Assembly (NCBI GenBank): GCA_002633005.1
Contig: NMRA01000526.1
Coordinates: 239,417 to 303,416, forward strand
DNA from: Phoronis australis
Taxonomy: Eukaryota > Animalia > Phoronida
Length of the DNA stretch: 64,000 nt
Direction: 5' to 3'
How positions within the stretch are numbered: the stretch's first letter is position 1; every line of letters starts with the position of its first letter. The notes under the pieces are model-generated. The model had not been told where the DNA came from, did not search any database, and saw only the letters and a program-made list of their open reading frames with translations. Below are positions 51,985-64,000 of this stretch, piece by piece. Both the position numbers and the translations under genes were made by a program.

Positions 51985-52270
51985 TGTTTCGTAATGCATG
52001 GCAATCAGTGATAACTCAGTAAGCCTTTCCTCAGACATAATAGCCTTCAAATGTGTCTTCACACGCTGAGCACAGAAAATGATCTTTCTGCATCACATGA
52101 TCCATTAGGGGATAGACGTGTTATCCCGCATCAACTCACTGACGTTTGGGAAGATGTATGTAGTCTGAGTGCTTGAGTGTGGAATGCAAGTCACTTGGCA
52201 ATTTCCCTCGACTTTGAGGATAACAGACTGAGGACTGCCAGCGCCGGAGGCCTCGCTGAAATGAGAGCAA
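51985..52270 (-). mobile_element. hAT transposase remnant (C-terminal dimerisation domain)
   Basis: Manual translation across frameshifts: IFPNVSELM../GSCDAERSFSVL/RVKTHLKAIMSEERLTELSLIAMHY. Confidence 0.75.
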
Positions 52271-52344
52271 AAGGTATTGGTACTTTTTATGTTTCAACTA
52301 TCACATAGGGCAATCTGTAATTTAATAGAAGACAAAATGTGTTA

Positions 52345-52655
52345 ATCAAAATGCCGATAGTCAGAAGGGAGTCGGTCACCTTCCGGGAATCTGTTGATGG
52401 CAATTCTATGTCTCAGTATTTAACAAAAGACATAATGTGTTACTCAAAATGCCGATAGTCAGAAGGGAGTCAATCACCTTCAGGGAATCTGGTGATGGTA
52501 ATTCTATGTCTCAGTAGAGCATCCGATCCTCCAATGAGCCTTAGTCTGCATGCCTAATCCTGCTAACGACACAAACATGGCAGCTTCCACCTGCCTGTTG
52601 TCTTTCGAAAACCCAAACATGGCAGCTTCCACCTGCCTGTTGTCTTTCGAAAACC
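52345..52655. repeat. Two local tandem duplications (~98 bp x2 and 42 bp x2)
   Basis: TCAAAATGCCGATAGTCAGAAGGG..CTATGTCTCAGTA twice; CAAACATGGCAGCTTCCACCTGCCTGTTGTCTTTCGAAAACC twice. Confidence 0.85.
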
Positions 52656-53439
52656 TGGTGCTTAACTGCTGTGAGAGGTTGTCTAGGATAGGTATTCCCA
52701 CTGTTCTTCTGTGGTGCTCAATGGGAGAAACACTAGTATTGACAACAACTTTAACTGCGCATTACGCTATGTATAGTATTTATAGTAATCTATTTTGCCC
52801 GGGGTACGCCACGAGCTATGTTGCAGAGTAAAACAAGAGGAGGATTGGGAATATTGTCATTTATTATGACGTAAATAGATAAAACTAATTAAGACTCTGC
52901 AAGATGGGAATGGACAAAACGCCATAATGGCAGCACGGGAATGTTGACATCGCCCATCCGAGGAAGCGGAACCCGGGCAAATAACAAGGTTAGACAATGA
53001 TAAAATATAGGTACTAATAACGGTATAACAGAAAACTAGAATACATAAGTCTAGAATATAAAAAACAAGAACATAACGAAATGGAAGTAAAGGTAACTAG
53101 AACTAATGACTAAAAATTGAAGCCTGCAACTACAGACCTTGGGCCACAGGCTGCAACAACAGAGCTGTGAATGGGAGGAGGCCGGCTGCAACAACAGACC
53201 TGACCTAGGGGGCTGAAACCACAGACCCAGAGGAGTGGAGGGGCTGAAAAGCAAAGTGAGAGGACCTGCAACAACAGGCTCACCAGGAGTTCAAGAAGCC
53301 TGGGGAAGAGGAAAAGCAGACATGCGAATGTAGTTTTTTAGTNTATTAGTTCTGTATGAATTTTTGAGTATATAGTGATTTTTCATTTTCATATGGTTTT
53401 TATATGGAATCATTCTTAAACCTCTCCTTTCAGGTTATG

Positions 53440-55134
53440 ACTCCCTCTCGACTACGGAGCTTATCAATGGTTTCTCTTTTGGTTTCAGACTCGGCGCCTC
53501 CCCGATATGTCACTCCAATCCCCCCACCAACCACCCATCATCTCTTCGTAATCCCGCAGTTACCTTTCAGAAAATACAGACTGAGGTTCTGCTGGGTCGC
53601 TATGCCGGTCCCTTCCCATCCCCCCATTCCCCCTTTTCTCTTCGTCACCCCTTGCCCTCATCCCTAAATCTCACCCTAACAGTTTTCGTCTCATTCATAA
53701 CTTATCATATTCATCTCGTCACTCTAACTCAGTTAACTCCCTCATACCCCTCTCAATTCTCCCAAGTCCAGTACCAATCCACCACGGACGATATCCGCCT
53801 GGTTCAACGGTTTGGGCGCCACTCCCTCATGGCTAAGACTGACATCAAGGACACTTTACACTTTTCGCATCGTACCGGTGCACCCTGATGACTACCACCT
53901 GTTAGGTCTCTCCTGGGCCAACAACTTCTACTACGACAGGTGCCTACCATTTGGCTGTGCCTCCAGCTGCAACATCTTCGAAAAGGTCAGTTCTGCGATT
54001 CAATGGATCCTGGAAACCAAGTTGAAGGTCGCCGGCGTTTCCCACTACCTCGATGACTTCTTTTTCGTGGGCCCCCCATCCTCGCCAACATGCTCATGGG
54101 ACCTCGCCGCATTCATATCACTCTGCGACTCCCTAGGCATCCCTATCAACCACGACAAGACAATTCAGCCGACCACCTCCATCACCATTTATGGCATCCA
54201 CCTCGACTCTGCCACCATGACTGCTTCTCTCCCACAGGACAAGATGGACAGAGCTTCCAACCTCCTGCTCGACTTCCAAAAGCGCTGCAAGGTTACTCTT
54301 CGCGACCTCCAATCCCTCATTGGTCTACTTAATTTCGCCTGCTCCGTCATCGTGCCCGGCCGCGCCTTCCTGCGCCGACTCATCAACCTCACCATCGGCA
54401 TTTCGAGACCAGACCACTTTGTCACTCTCAAAAAAGAAGCTAGAGCGGTCCTTCGGGCTTGGTCCATCTTTCTCCGAGGTTTCAATGGGAAAACACTGTT
54501 CCTATTCGACGAGTGGACATCTTCAGACTCCATCAAACTGTACTCTGATGCTGCGGGCTCCAACAGGGGTTTTGCTGCGAAATTGGGAGCTTCCTGGTTT
54601 GCCTGCCCGTGGCCCGAGCACCTGCAACGCCATCAAATCACCTTCAAGGAAGTCTTTCCGATTGTCATAGCGCTAGAGCTGTGGGGTTCAAAGCTCGCCA
54701 ACCACAAGATCCTCTTCCTGTGCGACAACCGTGCTGTCGTTGACATTATCAACAAGACCTCCTCCCGCCACATCCCCATTATGTCTCTTGTTCGTCGTCT
54801 GGTCATCTCCGCTCTTACCTTTAATGTTCATTTTCGGGCAAAACATATCCCCGGCTACACTAACATCATCGCTGATGCACTTTCTCGTTTCAGCTTTCAG
54901 GTCGCATTTTCCCAGGGTTCTTGGCTCAGCCCTCATCCGACACCGATCCCACCGCACCTCCTGACAGAGTCACCAGACTGCTCCGGCCTTCCCTGGCCCC
55001 CTCCACTCTTCAGTCCTACACCCGCATCCTGCATAACCTCGCACAGTTTCACCTCTCCTCTAACAACTCTCCGCTCACCTTGCCCAGTAATACCTCTTTC
55101 CTGGCCCACTCCATCTCTTCGAATCTGGCCTTAG
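53440..55134 (+). pseudogene. RT-RNase H of the YR retroelement (N-terminus frameshifted; ORF 53812-55134)
   Basis: LINGFSFGF, GRYAGPF, LALIPK..FRLIHNLS, MAKTDIKD, FRIVPVHPDDYHLLG, DRCLPFG, HYLDDFF, LYSDAAG, LCDNRAVV, HIPGYTNIIADALSR. Confidence 0.9.
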
Positions 55135-55810
55135 TAGCTCGTCTATCCAGTCCTATGTCTCTGCCATTAGTTTTGTCCAAAAGCTTGACAACCTCCCTGA
55201 TCCCACTTCCTCTTTTTTCATCAAAAAAATCCTCAAAGGCACTTCCATTCTGCGCCCTTCTTCTGACACACACATGCCCATTGCTTCCGCTCTGCTTCAC
55301 CGCTTGTTTGACGCCTGCCCTTCTGCACTCGGCTCTTTTGTTGACTCGGTTCTCGCACGTGCTATGTTCCTCGTAGCCTTCCATGCCTTCCTCAGGTTCG
55401 GTGAATTCACAGTCACCTCCTCGCTCTCCTCCCACGTCATACAGGTCAGCGACGTCGTCTTCCCCCCTCTGGCGATTCTGTGGTCATCACTATGCGTACC
55501 TTCAATTCCGTCCAGCAAATCTCCCCATTGCCCAGTAGCTGTCCTAACCTTGTACTTGTCTACTTTTCAGCCCTCTCCTGGCTCCTTGTTCCAACACCTC
55601 AGTGGATCACCGGTTACACGTTCCTGCTTCAACTCCATGTTAACTAAAGTGGTTTCCTTTGTAGGACTCGACACCAAGTCTTATACATGTACGTCACATA
55701 GCTTTCGCATTGGCGCCGCCACCTCTGCGGCCAGCCGTGGCGTCCCTGAACCGGTGATCTAGCGCATGGGGCGCTGGAAATCTGACGCACAAAAAACTAC
55801 ATTCGCATGT
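54921..55810 (+). pseudogene. Tyrosine recombinase (phage-integrase fold) of the YR element, disrupted
   Basis: SLAPSTLQSY, AFHAFLRFGEFT, HCPV, SHSFRIGAAT, then stop (55760-55762), then MGRWKSDA..YIR; frameshifts and an apparent internal deletion. Confidence 0.88.
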
Positions 55811-56938
55811 CTGCGTTTCCTCTATCCCCAGGCTTCTTGAACTCCTGGTGAGCCTGTTGTTGCAGCTCCCCACTTCTCTCACTTTGCTTTTCATCCCCTT
55901 CCACTCCTCTGGGTCTGTGGTTTCAGCCCCTTAGGTCATGTCTGTTGTTGCAGCCGGCCTCCTCCCGTTCACAGGTCTGTTGTTGCAGCCTGTGGCCCTA
56001 GGTCTGCAGGCTTCAATTTCTAGTCATCAGTTCTAGTTACCTTTACTTCCAGTTCGTTATGTTCTTGTTTTTTTATTTTCTAGACTTATGTATTCTAGTT
56101 TTTCTGTTATACCGTTATTAGTACCTATATTTTATCATAGTCTAATCTTGTTATTGCCCGGGTTCCGCTTCCTCGGATGGGCGATGTCAGCATTCCCGTG
56201 CTGCCATTATGACGTTTTGTCCATGGCCATTTTACAGAGTCTTAGTTTTATCTATTTACGTCATAATAAATGACAATATTCGCAATCCTCTTGTTTTACT
56301 CTGCAACATAGCTCGTGGCGTACCCCGGGCAAAATAGATTACGATAAAAATATTTCTGGAGCAGAAATGAGCGTCATTCTCAAAAGTAAAAGTTAGGAGA
56401 CGAGGAAGCTCAGTAACTTTGGAGAATCGAGTATTTTAGGCAGATCACTGAGTCTGTAGAGTTTCAAGGAGTGTATTCAGTCACTGACAAGGATCATACT
56501 GATACACAAAACAAGAATTGGATGTTCATGCTTGGATAAGATCAAAGGGAGCAATTTCTGTAAGTCTCATTAGAGTTTATGAGCTATGAAATGTTCTAGG
56601 ATATAATAAGTTTTGTTTCGTAAATGTGGCTTAAAGTTCATATACCGATTCAGTTAGATTTGAGTAATTTTGACTAGTTTCTTAGAGTGACTATCGTCAA
56701 TGATTTAATTTAGATTCGGTTTTATGAAATATTATCATGTATTTAGAGTATATTGTGTATTTTCATAGATTTACAGTTCTCACACGGTTCTCACAAGGAT
56801 TCAAAGTTTTCTATGAGGTTCCAAATGACTTAGACTAACCATTGGAATAAATGTATTTCCCAACCTAATAGATACGCTAGTTACAGTGTATGCGTACTAT
56901 ATAGGTACAAGTGCAATTGAACTGAAACAAAGACTTAC

Positions 56939-57079
56939 CAGGACAAGAGTGGTTGTTGTTACAAGACTCAGTCTGATTGTCGTACACGGTCGCATTCTGC
57001 CTGGAACGAATTCTGGTTCGATTGCCTAAGCCACATGTCTCGGAGCAGTTGGTCCACTCACCCCATTGTGTCCACTCGT
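56939..57079 (-). pseudogene. Thrombospondin type-1 (TSP1) exon with mutated acceptor (AA instead of AG)
   Basis: EWTQWGEWTNCSETCGLGNRTRIRSR..ESC..HSCP; GTAAG donor intact; TTTTGTAA where the paralogous copies have TTTTGTAG. Confidence 0.7.
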
Positions 57080-59693
57080 TTACAAAACGTTGAGTGGAGC
57101 GTGTAATATAACCGCCATGCCAAATTTTCATTCATACAGTATAACTAGAGTCCNNNNNNNNNNNNNNNNNNNNNNNNNNNNNNNNNNNNNNNNNNNNNNN
57201 NNNNNNNNTCCGTAGGGCTTGCGACGATGAGACCTGCTTGACCAGTCGTATTCTGAGGAATCCGCAGGACACACTCCAGCACGTACTGGTCTACGCATAG
57301 GTGGATCCAGGAGGGTCAAGGGGTCCGAAGCCCCCCCTTTCCCTTGATTTTAATGATATCAAATCTTTAATTTTCAAATTGTTGACTTGGTCCTTGACCG
57401 TCCCCTCTCCTTTAAAAAATCCTGGATCCGCCCCTGCTACGTTTGATCTCGTGTCGTATTAAACCTGAATAATGAAAATAATCCATTTTCGCTCTAAAAC
57501 TGCGTCACAATTGCACACCGCGGCATCGTTCAGTTGTACCTATACCATGCAAGTCTGACATATTTAACAGTTAAACCTGGGTCTGACTAAGTCTAAAGTT
57601 AAACATGGTTTAAGATCTTAATACAGGTCTAAAGAATATAGACTTCGTTGGCGAAATGAAAACTGACTTAGACCAGGTCTAAACTGGAGTTAAACCAGGT
57701 TTTACAAGACCACTGGTCTAAAAGTTAAACCACCTTTATGAAATGCAGATTATCATTAAACCTGGTCTAAGTCCAGTTTAAACGTGGTTTAACTTTAAAC
57801 CACCTTTATGAAATCGGCTGCTAGTGTCTAAATTATACACTAAGGATTAGCAATACTATCAGGAGATTTGTCGCCTGAAATTTTTTTCACTTTGAAAAAG
57901 TGTATATCAGTTTTGAAAATACATGTTGTTTAGCACGTCTTTGTACGAAGAACAAAAAGAAATAGTACTACTTGATTTCTGTTTTTAACTCGTAAATAAT
58001 AAGAGTTGAGTAGCCGCATTCGAATTTCGTACGGAGTAAACTTTCTACCACACGGTTCTGTTTTGGGCATGGTGATATAAAGTGGGAATAAGGCATCGTT
58101 CGCTTTCACAATTCTTCTTTTTTATTAAGCTGCCCTAAAACATAGACGGTGCCGTGTATTACGAGCTTCTAAGTAAGACAAAATCTGAAGCTTTAGAGAC
58201 CACTGACTGCATTCTTGTGAGTGGTGAATCCTATGTAGCCTACATGTATATAAGGCAGCTCAGTGCCAGCGTTCGTTTAAGAGTTGTCTATTCTACATGC
58301 ATACAGGATATACCACTAGATCAATTCGCTTGAGCGGGATTATATAGGCAATATCTTATTGAGTGTGTAATTTCTTCTATTTTCCTATACCAGTGGATTT
58401 TTTTCTAGTTTTGAGTGTTCCTTGACCCTAGTCACTAGAGTGAGTTTGGTCTAATCAATGAAGCGGTGTGAGAGGCCTTGCCTTCTGCATAACTAGTACA
58501 CTGCACAGGATTACTTGTCATTAGGAGGAGTATCGTTGTGACGAACCAACTTTTCCTGGAAGGCGTTGATAGGTTTGAAGTGAGCTGTCTCAGGTCTCAC
58601 CTGTCATTGCAGACATCTACATCGGCGACTGCTCCCCGCCCTGCGATTACTTGGTTGAGTAATGTGGGCGATAAGTATTTGTAGTACTGTCATGGACGAC
58701 TACGAGNACACTGCACAGGATTACTTGTCATTAGGAGGAGTATCGTTGTGGCGAACCAACTTTTCCTGGAAGGCGTTGATAGATTTGAAGTGAGCTGTCT
58801 CAGGTCTCACCTGTCATTGCAGACATCTACATCGGCGACTGCTCCCCGCCCTGCGATTACTTGGTTGAGTAATGTGGGCGATAAATATTTGTAGTACTGT
58901 CATGGACGACTACGAGCTCTACCGCTTTTTGCCCATAGCAAGCGTCGGGGTAGAGACCAGAATCAACATTGTTTTTTGGCCTCATCTGCCATTTGTTCAG
59001 CCTGCGTATATTCATGCCAGCGATGACGGTTCTACCAAGATTATTGTGTACTGTAAGCCCATGCACACTGACCAAAACAAAATTCTGTTTGCACTTTCCC
59101 CAATAGAGCGGAAAATTATGTCACTCTCTTGCTAATTAGAGATCGCCAAAGGGGATCAATCGTACTCATAGCACACTGGAAGCCAACGGTTATGAGAGCT
59201 GGGCCGTCGCTCCACAACTTGGTATCAGACGACAACGCGATCAGAAGGTGACGACGTCGAAAAGCCATCGTCAGCCATCCCCAATATCAAGAACATCTCT
59301 GAGCAGCTAGTATCGATCACACGGTTAACCCCGAGGATGCTACTCCTGACGAGAACTCCAGTTATCTTGGCGACCAAGACCGAAGAATACTTTGAACTAG
59401 GGAGATATCTGGTGTCGGTGAAAATACACTAAGAACTCAGTGGACATAATATTGAAAACATCAAAAAGTTCTCGTCAAGCAAAGTCAAGGAATCTGGTTA
59501 CATTAAAACCAGACGAAATAAACAATTTAAAGCGTTTTATAATCTTCAACTTACCTTATTTCAGATCTTGAATTATCTCTTCTCACCAACAGATATCAAA
59601 ATTATAATAAAACAAGATGAAACGAAACAAATCACTAGTCATGCGTACCACAGATAAGCCTACGCGCGTCATTGCACCGAAATAAAGACTTAC

Positions 59694-59831
59694 CAGCACA
59701 TGAGTGGTCGTTACAAGACTCGGTCTCATTTTCCTGCGCGGTCGCATTCTGCCTGGAACGAATTCTGGTTCGATTGCCTCCGCCACATGTCTCGGAGCAG
59801 TTGGACCACGCACCCCATTGTGTCCACTCGC
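59694..59831 (-). CDS. TSP1-domain exon (138 nt, phase 1/1) of an unidentified multi-TSP1 gene
   Basis: EWTQWGAWSNCSETCGGGNRTRIRSR..ESCNDHSC; TTTTGTAG acceptor and GTAAG donor. Confidence 0.75.
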
Positions 59832-60661
59832 CTACAAAACGTTGAGTGGAGCGTGTAATATAACCACCATGCCAAGTTTTCATTCATACAGTATAACTGG
59901 AGTCCATCAGCCGATTTCATAAAGGTGGTTTAACAAAACCAGNNNNNNNNNNNNNNNNNNNNNNNNNNNNNNNNNNNNNNNNNNNNNNNNNNNNNNNNNN
60001 NNNNNNNNNNNNNNNNNNNNNNNNNNNNNNNNNNNNNNNNNNNNNNNNNNNNNNNNNNNNNNNNNNNNNNNNNNNNNNNNNNNNNNNNNNNNNNNNNNNN
60101 NNNNNNNNNNNNNNNNNNNNNNNNNNNNNNNNNNNNNNNNNNNNNNNNNNNNNNNNNNNNNNNNNNNNNNNNNNNNNNNNNNNNNNNNNNNNNNNNNNNN
60201 NNNNNNNNNNNNNNNNNNNNNNNNNNNNNNNNNNNNNNNNNNNNNNNNNNNNNNNNNNNNNNNNNNNNNNNNNNNNNNNNNNNNNNNNNNNNNNNNNNNN
60301 NNNNNNNNNNNNNNNNNNNNNNNNNNNNNNNNNNNNNNNNNNNNNNNNNNNNNNNNNNNNNNNNNNNNNNNNNNNNNNNNNNNNNNNNNNNNNNNNNNNN
60401 NNNNNNNNNNNNNNNNNNNNNNNNNNNNNNNNNAAGTTCTCGTCAAGCAAAGTCTAGGAATCTCTCTACATTAAAACCAGACGAAATAAACAATTTAAAG
60501 CGTTTTATAATCTTCAACTTACCTTATTTCAGATCTTGAATTATCTCTTCTCACCAACAGATATCAAAATTATAATAAAACAAGATGAAACGAAACAAAT
60601 CACTAGTCATGCGTACCACAGATAAGCCTACGCGCGTCATTGCACCGAAATAAAGACTTAC

Positions 60662-60799
60662 CAGCACATGAGTGGTCGTTACAAGACTCGGTCTCATTTT
60701 CCTGCGCGGTCGCATTCTGCCTGGAACGAATTCTGGTTCGATTGCCTCCGCCACATGTCTCGGAGCAGTTGGACCACGCACCCCATTGTGTCCACTCGC
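60662..60799 (-). CDS. TSP1-domain exon, identical to 59694-59831
   Basis: Same sequence 968 bp away across an N gap. Confidence 0.65.
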
Positions 60800-60875
60800 C
60801 TACAAAACGTTGAGTGGAGCGTGTAATATAACCACCATGCCAAGTTTTCATTCATACAGTATAACTGGAGTCCAT

Positions 60876-62058
60876 CAGCCGATTTCATAAAGGTGGTTTA
60901 ACAAAACCAGTTTGAAGACTTAAACCTGGTCTTCCTACACGAGGTCTAATTTTAGACCCAATTTGCATTTCACCAACGTTGTTTAAGAGTCTGAAAGCCT
61001 GGTTTTGTTAGACCAGGGAGCCGGTTTAGTAAAAGCAGGTCTAAAGTATCTAAGCCACCCTGCTGTGTCGATCTGGATTAACCCAACAAGGAAACTATTG
61101 AAGTGCTTCAATGAAACCTTGATCACGTGGGTAAACAATGGCACACACTAGTTGAATCAGTGCAGACATTTGCGAAAAAGGCGTAAAAGCTTTTCTCATG
61201 AGGAAAAATGTAATGTGTGTGACCAACACACGTATACACACATTAAAGTACATGCTCACGATTAGCCGTAATATCATAAATGTCCAAATTTATTTCGGTG
61301 CTATTTTAGTGTTTATTTTTCGCGGCCCGGGGGGGGGGTGAGACAAGACGTCTTCCCGGCAACACTAAGTCGGAGACCAATGGAGGTGGAACTCAGATGA
61401 ATCAGAAAATGCTGTCTTCAGTCAAACCCGTAGCACTTATGACAATGACGCCCTGCTCGACCAGTCGTATTCTGAAGAATCCGCAGGACACTATACATGT
61501 ACAGCACGAACTGGTCTACACATAGGCGGATCGAAGGGGGTCAAGGGGTCCGGACTTCCTTTTTGCTTGATTTTAGTGAGATCATATCTGTAATTTTCAA
61601 ATTGTTGACTTGGTCCCCCCTTCTAAAAAGTCCTTGACCAACCCCCTCCCCTTAAAAGTCGTGGATCCGCCCCTGCTACGTTTGATCTTGTGTCGTCGTA
61701 AAACTGAATATTGAAAATAGTCCATTTTCGCTCTAAAACTGCGTCGTAAATGCACACCGCGGCCTCATTCAGTTGCACCTATACCATGCAAGTCTGTCAT
61801 ATTTACCAGTTAAACCTAGGTCTGACCAAGTCTAAAGTTAAACCTGGTTTAAGATCTTAATACAGATCTAAAGAATGTAGACTTCGTTGTTGAAATGAAA
61901 ACTGACTAAAACCAGGTCTAAATTGGAATACACCAGGTTTTACTAGACCACTGGTCTAAAAGTTGAGCCACCTTTATGAAATGCAGATTATCTTTAAGCC
62001 TTGTCTAAGTCCAGTTTAAAACAGGTTTAACTTTAAACCACCTTTATGAAATCGGCGG
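60876..62058. mobile_element. Non-autonomous DNA element with TIRs and GGTCT/TTAAACC subterminal repeats; nested CAGGGGCGGATCC-type MITE
   Basis: CAGCCGATTTCATAAAGGTGGTTTAA ... TTAAACCACCTTTATGAAATCGGC; the paralogous right end is at ~57820; no clear TSD. Confidence 0.65.
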
Positions 62059-63329
62059 CTAGTGTCTAGATTATACACTTAAGATTAACAATACTATCAG
62101 GAGATTTGTCGCCTGAAATTTTTTCACCTTGAAAAAGTGTATATCAGTTTTGAAAATACATGTTGTTTAGCACGTCTTTGTACGAAGAACAAAAAGAAAT
62201 AGTACTATTTGATTTCTGTTTTTAACTCGTATATGATCAGAGTTGAGTAGCTATATTCGAATTTCGTACTGAGTAAACTTTCTACCAGACGGTTCTGTTT
62301 TGGGCATGGTGATATAAAGTGGGAATAAGGCATGGTTCGCTTTCACAATTCTTCTTTTTTATTACGCTGCTCTAAAACATAGAGGGTGCCGTGTGTTACG
62401 AGCTTCTAAGCAAGACTAAATCTAAAGATTTAGAGACCCCTGACTGCATTCTTGTGAGTGGTGAATCCTATGTAGCCTACATGTATATAGGGCAGCTCAG
62501 TGCCAGCGTTCCTTTCAGAGTTGTCTATTCTACATGCATACAGGATATACTACTAGATCAATTCGCTTGAGCGGGATTATCTAGGCAATATCTTATTGAG
62601 TGTGTAATTTCTTCTATTTTCCTATACCAGTGGATTTTTTTCTAGTTTTGAGTGTTCCTTGACCCTGGTCACTAGAGTGAGTTTGGTCTAATCAATGAAG
62701 CGGTGTGAGAGGCCTTGCCTTCTGCATAACTAGTACACTGCACAGGATTACTTGTCATTAGGAGGAGTATCGTTGTGGCGAACCAACTTTTCCTGGAAGG
62801 CGTTGATAGATTTGAAGTGAGCTGTCTCAGGTCTCACCTGTCATTGCAGACATCTACATCGGCGACTGCTCCCCGCCCTGCGATTACTTGGTTGAGTAAT
62901 GTGGGCGATAAATATTTGTAGTACTGTCATGGACGACTACGAGNNNNNNNNNNNNNNNNNNNNNNNNNNNNNNNNNNNNNNNNNNNNNNNNNNNNNNNNN
63001 NNNNNNNATTCCGTATTTTCTTAGTCACCCACTCTTTCACAACAATCCACCAGAAACAGCAAAAATGATGACTGATCTGTTATATTTATTCATATTGAGG
63101 CAAGCCAAGAAACTTGTTAATCCGTGCTGACGTGCCTTTGTGTAACTCTGGACATGAGACCTCGGATGAAATTGATGTGTTCAAGCGTTTTATGTTTAGT
63201 TCGTGGTTTAAAGTGTCAAAATCAGTCGGGATAGAGACCAGAATCAACATTGTTTTTTGGCCTTAGCTGCCATTTCCCCAGCCTATGTTTAAATGTCAGC
63301 GATGACTATTGGAATGTGTTTATGGCAGG

Positions 63330-64000
63330 TTTTCATGGTTTATGACCTTAGGTATTTCCTGTACATGTTCAGTTTAAAGTTATTATTTCTACCTCTTGAC
63401 ATACATTTACAGATCATCCTTCTTGCATGTTATATGTTATAACTTTATACTATCACACCAGAAGCTTTTAATACATCATACCGAACGCAAGTATTTTCCT
63501 CTACGAACCACCTCGGGTTTTATCTTTGTACAATAAAAACCCACATCTTTTTGGTGCCGTGACTCAATGCTTCTCACTGCATTATATTAGAAAGTAAGAC
63601 ACAACTGCTAGCCAGAAGACGAGGCAATTAAACCGAGCTTCATTCACGAAGAGATGTACGCAGCTACAAGAAGTCCTCTGCAACACTCCACTGAAAGACG
63701 TCAGCGAAGAAATTTTCAACTTGAATAATACACTCAACATGCTTTCCGACCTGTATACCGCAATCGCTCACTTCATACCGGAAATTGATCAGGCTTCCCC
63801 CTTCAATCAGACGAAACATCGCAAGACGGACTGACGGCGATCTTGATATGTCCCTTGAGCAACTGCGCAAATTTCTCGACATAAATTGAAATTCTGAACG
63901 TCAGTGAACCGCTCACCACGTCAGCTTACGGAAGCACCATGTCCTTCCACGCTAATGCAAGAAGTCAACCAAACCGCCAGACTACGACTCGTCAATACCA
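63330..64000 (+). mobile_element. BEL/Pao-like retrotransposon 5' end: LTR end, tRNA-His PBS, degenerate gag start
   Basis: AATAAA..CA (63545) followed by TGGTGCCGTGACT (63552-63564), complementary to the tRNA-His 3' end; then RQLNRASFTKRCTQLQEVL. LTR start uncertain. Confidence 0.6.

Larger units (their letters stand above)
52779..56348 (+). mobile_element. Tyrosine-recombinase retrotransposon (DIRS order, Ngaro-like), gag missing, bracketed by ~560-bp inverted repeats
   Basis: RT, RNase H and YR in overlapping frames; 52779-53340 is the reverse complement of 55791-56348. Confidence 0.85.
57230..62943. repeat. Diverged tandem duplication: ~57230-58706 is repeated at ~61453-62943 (period ~4.2 kb)
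   Basis: Collinear blocks with scattered substitutions, each lying next to a TSP1 exon. Confidence 0.85.

Noticed and set aside
54189-55518. Antisense and alternate-frame ORFs over the YR element
   Set aside because: Shadows of GC-rich coding sequence with no recognisable motifs.
53812-55762. RT plus phage-type integrase as a prokaryotic or novel system (retron, DGR, prophage)
   Set aside because: The RT-RNase H-YR layout and motifs are those of known eukaryotic DIRS-order retrotransposons.
58498-58916. ~209-bp tandem duplication
   Set aside because: Near-identical copies joined by a single N (58707) and single in the paralogous unit: contig-overlap artefact.
59466-60910. Two identical TSP1 exons as independent copies
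   Set aside because: The ~477-bp blocks flank an N gap and are essentially identical; they may be one locus assembled twice, so they are not counted as firm evidence of three copies.

Overview
Eukaryotic (animal, probably marine invertebrate; species not determinable) draft-assembly DNA: AT-rich, intron-containing, with many N gaps. A central gene island holds a 17-exon GPATCH1 on the minus strand (CDS 41992->21964, ~881 aa when spliced by hand; all introns GT-AG with matching phases) head-to-head with an intronless SOCS6 (42386-43564, +). Both flanks are mostly decayed transposons. Left: DUF7869/Sola1-like, ISL2EU/Harbinger-like, piggyBac, BEL/Pao, Gypsy-like, THAP and C2H2 remnants. Right: hAT remnant, a Ngaro/DIRS-type tyrosine-recombinase retroelement, tandem units each carrying a phase-1/1 TSP1 exon, and a BEL 5' end. 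Several apparent duplications sit at single-N joins and are probably uncollapsed haplotypes. I found no convincing wholly new system. The most unusual items are a tandemly amplified in-frame chimera of two unrelated transposases (~10-15 kb), a palindrome with two convergent THAP-like starts, a MITE seen as both filled and empty site, an inverted second 3' end on the YR element, and the TSP1 exon array. All family calls are from motif recognition by eye, not database searches.
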